Shown here: positions 56,175 through 64,000 of the stretch, piece after piece
Layout of the letters: the number at the start of each line of letters is the position of its first letter
Numbering within the stretch: position 1 is the stretch's first letter
Position numbers and translations under genes: made by a program
The notes under the pieces: model-generated
What the model was told of the DNA's origin: nothing
The model's database searches: none
The model's input: only the letters and a program-made list of their open reading frames with translations
Source of the DNA: a virus
Direction: 5' to 3' (one strand)
DNA length: 64,000 nt
Virus record (IMG/VR): IMGVR_UViG_3300037042_003932
Coordinates: 64,001 to 128,000 of that record

Positions 56175-56551
56175 CCGACAACGAAGTACGCCTCGAGCAT
56201 ATCCGGCTAAACCACAGTCTCTATCGCGAGATGCAGCACTCGGCGTTCAAGAGCAAGAAGTTCTTGGCGTTCTTCATCTACGAAATTCTGTCAGCGGGTA
56301 TGGCCATCTTCACAGCGTGGAAGCAGCCCGACCTGAACTGGCCCTTGGCTGGATACATGACAGGTATCGCTTTCTCCATGGGCGCTGCGGCCATGTGGTA
56401 TCTCGGCAAACAAGCAGCGACGGATATGTACATCCGAGGGTTCGCTATGGTTGCTGGGAAGCCTGGGGTGACACGTGAAGAAGTAGAAGAGCAGATCAAG
56501 AGCTCTATCCCGCCACCTTTTGTTACGACGTATACCTCACCGAAGCTCTGA
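56171..56551 (+). CDS. Two-TM membrane protein, holin-like
   Basis: SKKFLAFF..TM1..TM2..YLGKQAATD; RBS AGGAG. Confidence 0.55.
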   Translation: MTDNEVRLEHIRLNHSLYREMQHSAFKSKKFLAFFIYEILSAGMAIFTAWKQPDLNWPLAGYMTGIAFSMGAAAMWYLGKQAATDMYIRGFAMVAGKPGVTREEVEEQIKSSIPPPFVTTYTSPKL

Positions 56552-56555
56552 GACC

Positions 56556-56587
56556 AAAAAGAAAGGGAGCTGTTGGGCTCCCTTTCT
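56556..56587. terminator. Terminator hairpin between convergent gene blocks
   Basis: AGAAAGGGAGC-tgttgg-GCTCCCTTTCT with an A-tract on the left (U-tract on the - strand). Confidence 0.85.
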
Positions 56588-56607
56588 CGCTTACATCTCA
56601 CACTGTA

Positions 56608-56781
56608 TTAGTACTTGAACTCAAACCAATTCTGACTCATGTCTGTTGACCCACAGTTATCGTCGGGGGTGACTGGGTCACCACATACGATACACATAAG
56701 ATTAACGGCGTCGAAGTTGCTACACTCGCTACACGTCTGTTTTCCCCACTTGTCTAACATCTCTTGTTTCTCTGAGCCCAT
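56608..56781 (-). CDS. Small Cys-rich protein
   Basis: CSEC..CIVC..C; RBS GAGG before ATG 56781. Confidence 0.55.
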   Translation of the reverse strand: MGSEKQEMLDKWGKQTCSECSNFDAVNLMCIVCGDPVTPDDNCGSTDMSQNWFEFKY

Positions 56782-56788
56782 CGCAACC

Positions 56789-57199
56789 TCACTTGTGGTT
56801 GTACGCAGACAGGAACTGCTGACCATCAGTGCCAGGGCGTTGCATAACAAACCCCCAACTCCAGACCAGAGCATCGACTATAGCTACCACAGCCCATGGA
56901 AGGAACCAGCTATGACGCGCTGTGGCCTGGGCCAATATCAAACACATAGCCATCTCAAAACAAGCCATAAGCAGGGGTGCAGCGTGTCGCCACGCTGGCG
57001 ACCCCAGCAACTTAGTAGCAGGACCACACTCGTAACGAGAGAAGTAAAACTTCCCTCCAAACTTGTGGGGCCAGGGTATCATCTTTGTAGGTTTTCGGCC
57101 TTCGACGACCCAACCCAGCATCAAGTGCGACACCTCATGCAGTACGTTCTGCATGAACCACGCAACAATGAATAGTCCTGCTAGTAAGTACCAGTTCAT
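56789..57199 (-). CDS. Membrane HExxH metalloprotease-like protein (M50-like zincin)
   Basis: VLHEVSH between hydrophobic segments; AAP; TDG. Confidence 0.6.
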   Translation of the reverse strand: MNWYLLAGLFIVAWFMQNVLHEVSHLMLGWVVEGRKPTKMIPWPHKFGGKFYFSRYECGPATKLLGSPAWRHAAPLLMACFEMAMCLILAQATARHSWFLPWAVVAIVDALVWSWGFVMQRPGTDGQQFLSAYNHK

Positions 57200-57822
57200 T
57201 CGGGCCTCTCGGGTTTATCTTTGATGATATCCTCAAAGAATACGTGATGTGATGCTGGAATAGCCTTGTACATATCCCAAGCAAGTTTACGATATTCAAG
57301 AAGCACATCCTTGTTTAGGCGGGTATTGAACAGGTTACGCAGGCTGCGAGCGTTGATTGTGAAGATGAGCTGGGTAAGCATGGCTTCGGGGATTGCGTAC
57401 TTTGCAAGGTCATTGGGGATTCCCAGCTGTACTAGAGATTTCAAATGCATCATCTGTACGTGTGAAGCGGTGTCCACATCCGAATTTCCCGTGTGATAGT
57501 ACAGCTCGTCGATGTCCTGTTCTTTACGGAGTAACTTCCCCAAAGTGAACCTAGAGCTCTGAACACTCTCCACAGCGATACGCGTCCGCGAGAACTCCTG
57601 CAAACACGCACGAGAAAGCTTAACCTCGAAAGTGAACACACAGTGCTCGAGGACGCTGGTGTGCCCGCTGTTGATGCAGCGAGTGACTAAGTCGTGATCT
57701 TTGGGACCAAGATACAAACTGAGGTCTTCCGTATCCGACTTATCTTGAGAGGCTTTGCACATACGTATCGCTTCGACAACTGCGATGACGGGTGTACAGC
57801 GGAGTAATTTGGCGACTGTCAT
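57196..57822 (-). CDS. thyX: Flavin-dependent thymidylate synthase
   Basis: GHTSVLEH, SRACLQEFSRTRIAVESVQSSRF, DLAKYAIP and INARSLRNLFNTR. Confidence 0.9.
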   Translation of the reverse strand: MTVAKLLRCTPVIAVVEAIRMCKASQDKSDTEDLSLYLGPKDHDLVTRCINSGHTSVLEHCVFTFEVKLSRACLQEFSRTRIAVESVQSSRFTLGKLLRKEQDIDELYYHTGNSDVDTASHVQMMHLKSLVQLGIPNDLAKYAIPEAMLTQLIFTINARSLRNLFNTRLNKDVLLEYRKLAWDMYKAIPASHHVFFEDIIKDKPERPE

Positions 57823-58046
57823 CGGCGCTCCTCTAACTGTTTTAGTAGGTCATCACGCTCATCAATAGCGTCACGAGCAAGAAGTAGGGCACCGATAAGC
57901 TCTTCATACGTGAACCCAGGTGTAATCTGGTCATCTACGCTAAGCTTATCTGACTCATAAAGGTTGCTTAGGCAGTACTCAACGCACTCCCGATCTGTAG
58001 AATCGGGACGAGCGGCTTCAAGCTGTTCCTTGGAATACGTTTTCAT
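57819..58046 (-). CDS. Hypothetical protein
   Basis: RBS AAGGTG; ATGA overlap with thyX. Confidence 0.6.
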   Translation of the reverse strand: MKTYSKEQLEAARPDSTDRECVEYCLSNLYESDKLSVDDQITPGFTYEELIGALLLARDAIDERDDLLKQLEERR

Positions 58047-58084
58047 CTGTCACCTTCTTTCGTGCTTAGCGGGGTCATCTTCTA

Positions 58085-59095
58085 TTAAAGCCGACACAGC
58101 AGCTTCTCCATCAAGAACTCCCAACTCGTCTGGAACCCTGCAGCTCCCTTGTGCCCACCACCCCCAGGGAAAGGCCCAGCCTCACCGCAGCGCTTTGCAA
58201 TATCGCCGCAGTCGATGTCTGGGTCGATAGAGTAAAGACTAACCGTGACTTTACCGGTGTTCTCGTACGCGAAGCCAAGCATGATCTCGTGCTTCTCATG
58301 GTCATAGACACTTGCGAAGCGGTCGCTGCCACGTGCTCCAAAGTTTGCAGCGATGACCGAGTACACATGGCGTCCATGGATAGAAGCAGGGTACGGAACG
58401 GTGAGCTCAGCATCGAACGCCCGGCTCTTCATGAGGGCTGCGCTCTCAGAGACCTCGAACATCTTAATGCTGGTGCCTACACGGACAGCTTCGTCTACTT
58501 TTGCCATCGTCGTGTAGCCGGAATCGGAACGTAAGATATCGAGAGTGTAGCAGTAGAACCACTCAATGATACCCTCGGGGACCATGGTATCAAAGTACAT
58601 CTTAAAGAACGGGGCCTTGCTGTCGACTATGTTCTTATGACGCCAGGTGTCCCAATCTCCAACAAGCCTTATAGCATCTGGAGCACCATTCGCACACAGC
58701 TCCGCAACTTGCATAAGGCTTTTACCTGGCAGGTTAAACCACGCCCACGTCAGCTCTGCTCCACAAACACCATCGAGTCTCACACCATCATAACCCCAAC
58801 CAATCCCCTTCTCTTTCTGAAGGAGTTCATACGCGCTAATGCTGCTTGCGTGGTGATCAATCCAGATGAACTTAGCTACCCGGTTTGCAAGGGCTTCCAT
58901 ACCCTCGTCAAAAGGCTGCAGCGAAAAGTCCAGCATGTAAACGGTATCCTCAGGACCAAATACGTCTGGCAGAGTCATACCGTAATTCATCTCGATTAGC
59001 TTGGGGTAGATACCCTGCTTATCAAGGAACGCTCGGGCTACACCAGCGCTGGCATATCCGTCTAAGTCGTTGTGATGAATGATGTAGGTTGTCAT
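58085..59095 (-). CDS. DHH/DHHA1 phosphoesterase
   Basis: HHNDLDG, LDFS, IDHH and GGGGHKGAAGF. Confidence 0.9.
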   Translation of the reverse strand: MTTYIIHHNDLDGYASAGVARAFLDKQGIYPKLIEMNYGMTLPDVFGPEDTVYMLDFSLQPFDEGMEALANRVAKFIWIDHHASSISAYELLQKEKGIGWGYDGVRLDGVCGAELTWAWFNLPGKSLMQVAELCANGAPDAIRLVGDWDTWRHKNIVDSKAPFFKMYFDTMVPEGIIEWFYCYTLDILRSDSGYTTMAKVDEAVRVGTSIKMFEVSESAALMKSRAFDAELTVPYPASIHGRHVYSVIAANFGARGSDRFASVYDHEKHEIMLGFAYENTGKVTVSLYSIDPDIDCGDIAKRCGEAGPFPGGGGHKGAAGFQTSWEFLMEKLLCRL

Positions 59096-59280
59096 ACCTC
59101 GTCAGCTGCTCCTTTCTTTTTCTCTATTTCTTTTGCTAAGGCTTGCTTAAGCGCCTCGATCTCTTCGCGCTGAAGAGCCACTGTGTTGATTAGACCTTGG
59201 ACGTAGTCCTGGTCTGGGTACGTAGACGCTAGAGTGGTGATGTTGATGTCAGGTCTTTTGGGGGAGCGAGAAGAAGTCAT
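59092..59280 (-). CDS. Small coiled-coil protein
   Basis: ATGA overlaps. Confidence 0.55.
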   Translation of the reverse strand: MTSSRSPKRPDINITTLASTYPDQDYVQGLINTVALQREEIEALKQALAKEIEKKKGAADEV

Positions 59281-59711
59281 TCGACGACTTCGAGGGTCAT
59301 CTTACACAAGACCCAACCTGCGTCGGGATCTCCAGCTTCGACCAATCCTTTACGAGCCGCGTCTGGAGTCTTGAACAACAGGTCAAATGGGAACTCGTAC
59401 TGCCTCGGGTTAGCCCACGGAGTCAACAAGCGCACTTCACCTGTCTCGTCTATGACCGATCTCTGCTTCCAGGTGTACCACGTTTCGCTGTGAGTGGGCT
59501 TGGAGGTTTCCGGCGTGGTTGGCATCGCCGCAATGAGCTCGTCACGCAGGCGTAGCTTGTCTTGCACCTTATCCAAAAGAGAATCTAGCATCTCAATAGG
59601 AGGTGTAATCGCCAAGATAGTCTTTGCGATCTCCTCTAGAACTCGGGCGTCTTCTTGCGAGCACATCTCGGCATGGACAATATCGCTCGCTCTACTTTGG
59701 ATTGTCGTCAT
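59277..59711 (-). CDS. Hypothetical protein
   Basis: Coupled ORF; RBS GAGG. Confidence 0.6.
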   Translation of the reverse strand: MTTIQSRASDIVHAEMCSQEDARVLEEIAKTILAITPPIEMLDSLLDKVQDKLRLRDELIAAMPTTPETSKPTHSETWYTWKQRSVIDETGEVRLLTPWANPRQYEFPFDLLFKTPDAARKGLVEAGDPDAGWVLCKMTLEVVE

Positions 59712-59985
59712 CTACTTCCTCTTCGTCATCATCCTCGTCCTCGTCATCCTCGTCCTCGTCGTCATCATCATCATCATCATCATCATCGTCGCAATCGTCG
59801 TCGTCCTCGAAGAAGCTCGTGTCGTCCCAGTCGTCATCCGACTCTGGGTCTTCGATGAGGTTGCAGTCACGGCTGCTGCAATGCGAGTCACCGATCTCTA
59901 CGTCCTTGCCAATCCGAGCAAGGTTGAGATCACTCGTGTCGTCCTCGGACCAAACTACGATCACCGTTTTGTAAAGCTTCGTCAT
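59692..59985 (-). CDS. Extremely acidic small protein (poly-Asp/Glu tail)
   Basis: About 35 nearly continuous D/E residues near the C-terminus; ATGA coupling. Confidence 0.7.
   Translation of the reverse strand: MTKLYKTVIVVWSEDDTSDLNLARIGKDVEIGDSHCSSRDCNLIEDPESDDDWDDTSFFEDDDDCDDDDDDDDDDDEDEDDEDEDDDEEEVDDDNPK
59706..59808. repeat. Coding trinucleotide repeat (TCA/TCG/TCC)n
   Basis: (TCA)8 at 59762-59785 inside a degenerate TCN run; encodes poly-Asp/Glu on the - strand. Confidence 0.9.
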
Positions 59986-60344
59986 TCGTCGTCCTCCTCA
60001 TCTGTTTCGTCAGTGTCGTCCACATCGTCTTCAACGTCCGCGCCGTCTTCTCGCACGAGTTTACTCGCAGCTCGAGCCTTGGCTAGACGTTCTGCACACG
60101 CTTGTCGCTGCTCGTCTGTCATGTTCCTAGTCGCATTTGACTTCAAAACCAACCCTGCCTTCTTCGGTGAGTACAGCTCCCACTCCCGGTCCTCTGGGAG
60201 GGTGGAATAAGGCATCCAGAAGTATAGCGAACACTTGGGATTCCGGCAGTCCCTATTTCCGCTGTCGTCATAGTGCCCCATGCAGTCATGGCACTTAGCA
60301 AGTATCGCAGCCTTCATGCTCGGCTTCTTGATTGCCACCATCAC
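59982..60344 (-). CDS. Cys4 Zn-binding protein with acidic tail
   Basis: KAAILAKCHDC..DC..KCSLY and MTDEQRQACAERLAKAR. Confidence 0.7.
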   Translation of the reverse strand: MMVAIKKPSMKAAILAKCHDCMGHYDDSGNRDCRNPKCSLYFWMPYSTLPEDREWELYSPKKAGLVLKSNATRNMTDEQRQACAERLAKARAASKLVREDGADVEDDVDDTDETDEEDDE

Positions 60345-60850
60345 TTGACTCCTAGCTTAGCTCTGAACGTAGTGCAAGCGTCGACATCACTATGACAACG
60401 CCGCGTGAACTTCGACTCAATAGCATCAACAGACATACGCTCCCAAATCTCCCGGGAGGTCTCTTCAGCCTCATCCTCTACCTCTCGCATATACTCTTCA
60501 ACGAGGTCACGAGCAGCATCAAGGTTATCAGCCTTAACCGAAACCGTAAAGCGAGTGGAAGCCTTTGCTTCTAGGACACAGTCAAAATAGTATTTGGGTT
60601 CGAGCGTCACCGACAGCGAAAGGGGTAGATCATTATCATTAACAACGAAGTCTAGCGAGACCTTTTCACTTCGAACAAGGGTCTCAGTGTATGGAAGATT
60701 CGCGAATTCTTTCTGCGTCGCTGCAAGTAATACTTTCGTTGTTTCCCCCAGAATCTGATTGTTATCATAGTCATCAGGGGCTTCAACCCGAATATTAAAA
60801 CATCTTTGGCGTACCGGTGGCGTGTAGGTCACTTCGAGATACTTCAGCAT
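60341..60850 (-). CDS. Hypothetical protein
   Basis: RBS GAGGAG. Confidence 0.65.
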   Translation of the reverse strand: MLKYLEVTYTPPVRQRCFNIRVEAPDDYDNNQILGETTKVLLAATQKEFANLPYTETLVRSEKVSLDFVVNDNDLPLSLSVTLEPKYYFDCVLEAKASTRFTVSVKADNLDAARDLVEEYMREVEDEAEETSREIWERMSVDAIESKFTRRCHSDVDACTTFRAKLGVK

Positions 60851-60863
60851 AACCGATTTCTCC

Positions 60864-61256
60864 TCAGTCTACGTTGATAGATCTGCGTATACTAGAGCGC
60901 CTCTCACAATCAGGAGATCCCGTCTCTGTGTTGTCGTCTGTATTTTCCCCTATGCACGTGTACTCCCACTCAAGACCCAGTTCCTCTTCGGCGTATGTCG
61001 TGAGTTCTCGTAACACGGTATCAAAACCATAAAGTTTTATGCCGTCATCTTCAAAGAATAAGAAGTCTTCATACGGGACCGATTTATCAACGACAACATT
61101 CGTAATCAAGTACGAGTACCAACCGGAATAGTAAGTAGAGACCTTGTCCTTGGTTTCCTCCTCCGCTTTGGTGTTCAACCATACCCAAAGCTTTGCTAGA
61201 GCGTCTGAATCCTCTTTCCCGTGTATGATAAGCACATAGCTACTCCGGTATCCCAT
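60864..61256 (-). CDS. Hypothetical phage protein (MGYRS...IGE..DD family)
   Basis: MGYRS start and IGENTDD, recurrent in phage accessory genes. Confidence 0.65.
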   Translation of the reverse strand: MGYRSSYVLIIHGKEDSDALAKLWVWLNTKAEEETKDKVSTYYSGWYSYLITNVVVDKSVPYEDFLFFEDDGIKLYGFDTVLRELTTYAEEELGLEWEYTCIGENTDDNTETGSPDCERRSSIRRSINVD

Positions 61257-61440
61257 CTGCTATTTTCTCCACAAATTGTAAAGTAGCGCTTGGTAGATCC
61301 CCTTCGTACCGAGGGTCACCATCGTACTCATAGTCTCCGTTCTCTATCTTCTTCTTAACCTCCTCTTCGTCGTCAGTAGGTGCGTCAACAAGAACATTCA
61401 CTGCGTATACTTCGAACTTCTTCACGATAAACTTTGGCAT
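61240..61440 (-). CDS. Small acidic protein
   Basis: RBS GGGAG. Confidence 0.65.
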   Translation of the reverse strand: MPKFIVKKFEVYAVNVLVDAPTDDEEEVKKKIENGDYEYDGDPRYEGDLPSATLQFVEKIADGIPE

Positions 61441-61487
61441 GGCTTCTCCCTTCAGAAGTCAGTGTGTCCCCTACGTATACCAATAAT

Positions 61488-61652
61488 TCAGAAGGGTTTT
61501 AGGTCTTTGAGGTCTTCGGGCGCAATCGAGTACCCACAGTCAACACAAGTGATACGTGGTGTATCACGCTTATACCTGATGAGCATACCGCAGACACATT
61601 TTGCTAAGACGTAAACGTCGTTAGCAACGACCAACACATTCACAAGTTGCAT
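61488..61652 (-). CDS. 54-aa Zn-ribbon protein (not in ORF track)
   Basis: MQLVNV..KCVCG..ITCVDCGY..KPF*; RBS AGGAG. Confidence 0.6.
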   Translation of the reverse strand: MQLVNVLVVANDVYVLAKCVCGMLIRYKRDTPRITCVDCGYSIAPEDLKDLKPF

Positions 61653-61705
61653 CGAAGCTCCTAGGAGGAAAAGAGAAGCTAAGCTTTACGCTCGCCTCTC
61701 AAAGC

Positions 61706-61942
61706 TTACTCCTGAGTTGTCGCCAATTTACTCCGTAATTCAGAGTCACAAAGCTTTCGAGTTCTGTCAGACAACTCAGCGGTAGAAATATACAAGGTGA
61801 TCCCGCACCGCTTGGCGAGTACAGCGTCAATCTCGTTAAAGCCGTGATGAGCCGCGAGCATATTCACATACTTGAGATCAGATACAGGCAAGAATCCCTT
61901 AACAAGCACACACTCTGAATGAACCATAACTTCGTAACTCAT
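61706..61942 (-). CDS. Hypothetical protein
   Basis: ATGA-coupled start at 61942. Confidence 0.55.
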   Translation of the reverse strand: MSYEVMVHSECVLVKGFLPVSDLKYVNMLAAHHGFNEIDAVLAKRCGITLYISTAELSDRTRKLCDSELRSKLATTQE

Positions 61943-62187
61943 TGCTTGGTCCCTCCGGTGTATTCCAACCATTTGTTAATAATCTCTGGGATTTTCTCGG
62001 GTGGAGCTTCGATATGAACGGCATCTCCGTTCGATAGGTTGAGAGTGATTCTTCGTAACCCCTGGGTCTTACTATACTCGAATATCGTAGCGACAGCCCC
62101 GTACCAAACCCACTTGGTGGTCTCTTTACGCCGGACACACAGATGCGAAGCAGAGACTAACTCGAAATCATTGTAGGTCTCGTACAT
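61939..62187 (-). CDS. Hypothetical protein
   Basis: RBS GGAGG. Confidence 0.6.
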   Translation of the reverse strand: MYETYNDFELVSASHLCVRRKETTKWVWYGAVATIFEYSKTQGLRRITLNLSNGDAVHIEAPPEKIPEIINKWLEYTGGTKQ

Positions 62188-62202
62188 TCGCGCCTCCGGT
62201 GC

Positions 62203-62433
62203 TTACGCCTTCACAGAGCAAGCTACGATGTCTGTCGCGATGGATACAGCTACCCCAGCCATACAATAACTTTTATTGCCCGTGTGAATAGTCAAGGAGC
62301 AATCTTCACCATCGAACACTATGGCCGTTATCGATTCCATCTTTATGTAAAGCGTCTTATTCTTAGAGATCTCCGCTTTGATATGCGTAGGCGAGTGCTT
62401 CAAATAACGTATGACTGCCACGAGAGACATCAT
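62203..62433 (-). CDS. Hypothetical protein
   Basis: RBS AAGGA. Confidence 0.55.
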   Translation of the reverse strand: MMSLVAVIRYLKHSPTHIKAEISKNKTLYIKMESITAIVFDGEDCSLTIHTGNKSYCMAGVAVSIATDIVACSVKA

Positions 62434-62491
62434 CTTCCTTGTCTGAGAGACATGTTCTCACCAACAAAACGTCTCCCGACTAATTGTACGC

Positions 62492-62854
62492 CTAACCCCC
62501 AGATGTCTCTGTCTTTTCCGGTTCGAGGCGTTTCTTCTCAAGGGCATGCTGGCGCTCTAGAGCGCACAAAAGGACACTCGCGTCGTTATGAAGCTTGCGA
62601 AGTTGTAACATCACGGTCTCTGTAGTTACCTTCTGCAAGTGTCCTGCGTCTAGGACTAAAGTCTCGTCCCTATAATAGCTAGTGAAACCACTCAGCGTAG
62701 CGACGCGCTTCAACGTAATTAGGTCTGTCTCCCACACACGCGGGCGTATCTCCACGACCTCATAGATAGCAAAGGGAACAATGGACCAGCAGGTCACTGC
62801 ATCTCCAGGCAGAAATCCACTGGACATATCCGGTATCTTTCTCTTTTTTGGCAT
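62492..62854 (-). CDS. Hypothetical protein (SH3/KOW-like FLPGDAV)
   Basis: RBS GAGG before ATG 62854. Confidence 0.55.
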   Translation of the reverse strand: MPKKRKIPDMSSGFLPGDAVTCWSIVPFAIYEVVEIRPRVWETDLITLKRVATLSGFTSYYRDETLVLDAGHLQKVTTETVMLQLRKLHNDASVLLCALERQHALEKKRLEPEKTETSGG

Positions 62855-62856
62855 CT

Positions 62857-63471
62857 CTACCTCATCAAAAACGTCAGTAAATCCTGTGACCAATCCTCGA
62901 GTCTTACGAAGATCAACGGGCTGTTTAGGTCTCCTAACCTAGACCAACCAACTGCTTCGAACTTAGGGGATGCAGAGGTCACCATGTCACCAGGAGCTGA
63001 GAACGAATACACGATACCAAAGTGCGTATCAGCTGGTTTCCGTATAAATCCTCGGAGAGTAAAGTCCAGTATGTCTGGAGCAGAACGCGAAGGGTCTGTG
63101 TTCTTTCGCGTAGCTCCTGAAAACCGAATGCTCTCGTTCATCCGGTTCAACGCGGATATCTTGAAGAGCTGCTCCCCTTGGTTGTCTTCGGGTTTGACAC
63201 TCCCACCTACGCCTATGGACAATTTACGCAGTAACGACGCATCAGTTCGCCGGTACACGAGAATCTCAGGCTTCCAGCCGTACACGTACGAGTAGGTGAC
63301 CACTTGGAGAACTGATACGTCGTTATCGGCTTCTTCTTGGGGCACGAACACCGAAGCCGATCTGATGTCACTCAGCAGGTTCTTGTACGCGGGAGTGTAC
63401 GCTTGTAAACCCAGAAGCTTATACGGCTGAAGGATCTTTGCCGGGAACACCAAGACCTCGTTGTTCTCCAT
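62857..63471 (-). CDS. NUDIX-like phosphoesterase (YmaB/COG4112-like), degenerate Nudix box
   Basis: LQVVTY..LVYRR..KLSIGVGG..HFGIVY..LEDWS. Confidence 0.65.
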   Translation of the reverse strand: MENNEVLVFPAKILQPYKLLGLQAYTPAYKNLLSDIRSASVFVPQEEADNDVSVLQVVTYSYVYGWKPEILVYRRTDASLLRKLSIGVGGSVKPEDNQGEQLFKISALNRMNESIRFSGATRKNTDPSRSAPDILDFTLRGFIRKPADTHFGIVYSFSAPGDMVTSASPKFEAVGWSRLGDLNSPLIFVRLEDWSQDLLTFLMR

Positions 63472-63754
63472 TCTCTTTCTCCTCTTGCTCCACACGAGCG
63501 AGAATCCCCTTGAGGATCGTCTGAGTTAAGATGTTAGGATACATTATAGCTTCTGCCTTGTCGCAAAAATGCTCATTACACCCTGCAGGTCTTTCCGACC
63601 TGGGCAACTCACAGCCATCATCTTTCTGGTGGGGACAAGGACCCCAAAGGTGATCATCTGGATACTTCTTGGCCAATTCGTCGATATCCCTCCAATAACG
63701 TTCACAACACTCACCGCACCTAATAGGACAAACGATTCCGTGTTCTTGGGTCAT
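63419..63754 (-). CDS. YkgJ-like CxxCxxCC cysteine-cluster protein
   Basis: IRCGECC..CP..GCEL...RPAGC..FC; RBS AAGGAG. Confidence 0.65.
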   Translation of the reverse strand: MTQEHGIVCPIRCGECCERYWRDIDELAKKYPDDHLWGPCPHQKDDGCELPRSERPAGCNEHFCDKAEAIMYPNILTQTILKGILARVEQEEKENGEQRGLGVPGKDPSAV

Positions 63755-63762
63755 AGGGCTCC

Positions 63763-63990
63763 TTACATCAGATTGGAGTATAGGTAGCACAATTCGTTTA
63801 GAACAGACCTGAAAGAAAGCCAGCGCAAAAGAGGGATAGACTTGGAGCGTAGAAGCACACAAGTGTTGTTGTTGTTACATAGAGAGTTCGCGCATAACCT
63901 GTCAAAAGTTATGTTACGATCTGTTACTGACGCTGCTAGGGGTACTATCAGGCGCAAAGACGTTCTCGTGTCACCATTCACGAATGCCAT
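63763..63990 (-). CDS. Hypothetical protein
   Basis: RBS GAGG at the window edge. Confidence 0.4.
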   Translation of the reverse strand: MAFVNGDTRTSLRLIVPLAASVTDRNITFDRLCANSLCNNNNTCVLLRSKSIPLLRWLSFRSVLNELCYLYSNLM

Positions 63991-64000
63991 GCCGTACCTC

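Noticed and set aside
59494-60210. Poly-Ser, poly-His and poly-Ile ORFs on the + strand
   Set aside because: These are antisense readings of the (GAT/GAC/GAG)n acidic tract.
61681-61707. AAGCTTT-N13-AAAGCTT hairpin as a terminator
   Set aside because: The AT-rich stem is weak and the loop is large, so support is insufficient.
1-64000. Stop-codon reassignment
   Set aside because: Long ORFs tile the window under the standard code, and TAA, TAG and TGA all end genes at tight junctions.

Overview
This window is an internal fragment of a large tailed dsDNA phage genome, most likely a contractile-tailed (myovirus-like) phage. It uses the standard genetic code, is very gene-dense and contains no integrase or host housekeeping cluster. 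Layout: (i) 1-1510 (+), the 3' end of a class II ribonucleotide reductase and a small gene. (ii) 1507-47784 (-), one ~46 kb co-oriented tail operon. In transcription order it holds a tail-assembly chaperone pair with a probable -1 frameshift, the tape measure, ~25 kb of fibre/adhesin/lectin genes including an M14 carboxypeptidase-kelch-lectin protein, a baseplate hub with an SLT domain, a sigma factor, an amidase-like protein, gp25-like, baseplate J-like and wedge proteins, and a terminal fibre. (iii) 47870-56551 (+), DNA-metabolism and lysis genes: degenerate family-4 UDG, DinG helicase, Lys-rich Zn-ribbon protein, signal-peptide SLT, dNMP kinase and a holin-like protein. (iv) 56608-64000 (-), small accessory genes plus ThyX, a DHH phosphoesterase, a NUDIX-like protein and poly-acidic proteins. 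The most striking unexplained feature is a tandem array of three ~125-137 nt structured non-coding elements at 53579-53988 with ~140-nt period. Each has a long closing stem, a covarying hairpin capped by AGT(A/T)ACT and a conserved CCCTC. It is a candidate undescribed phage ncRNA or ssDNA-structure array. All protein calls come from motif recognition by eye; no database searches were run.
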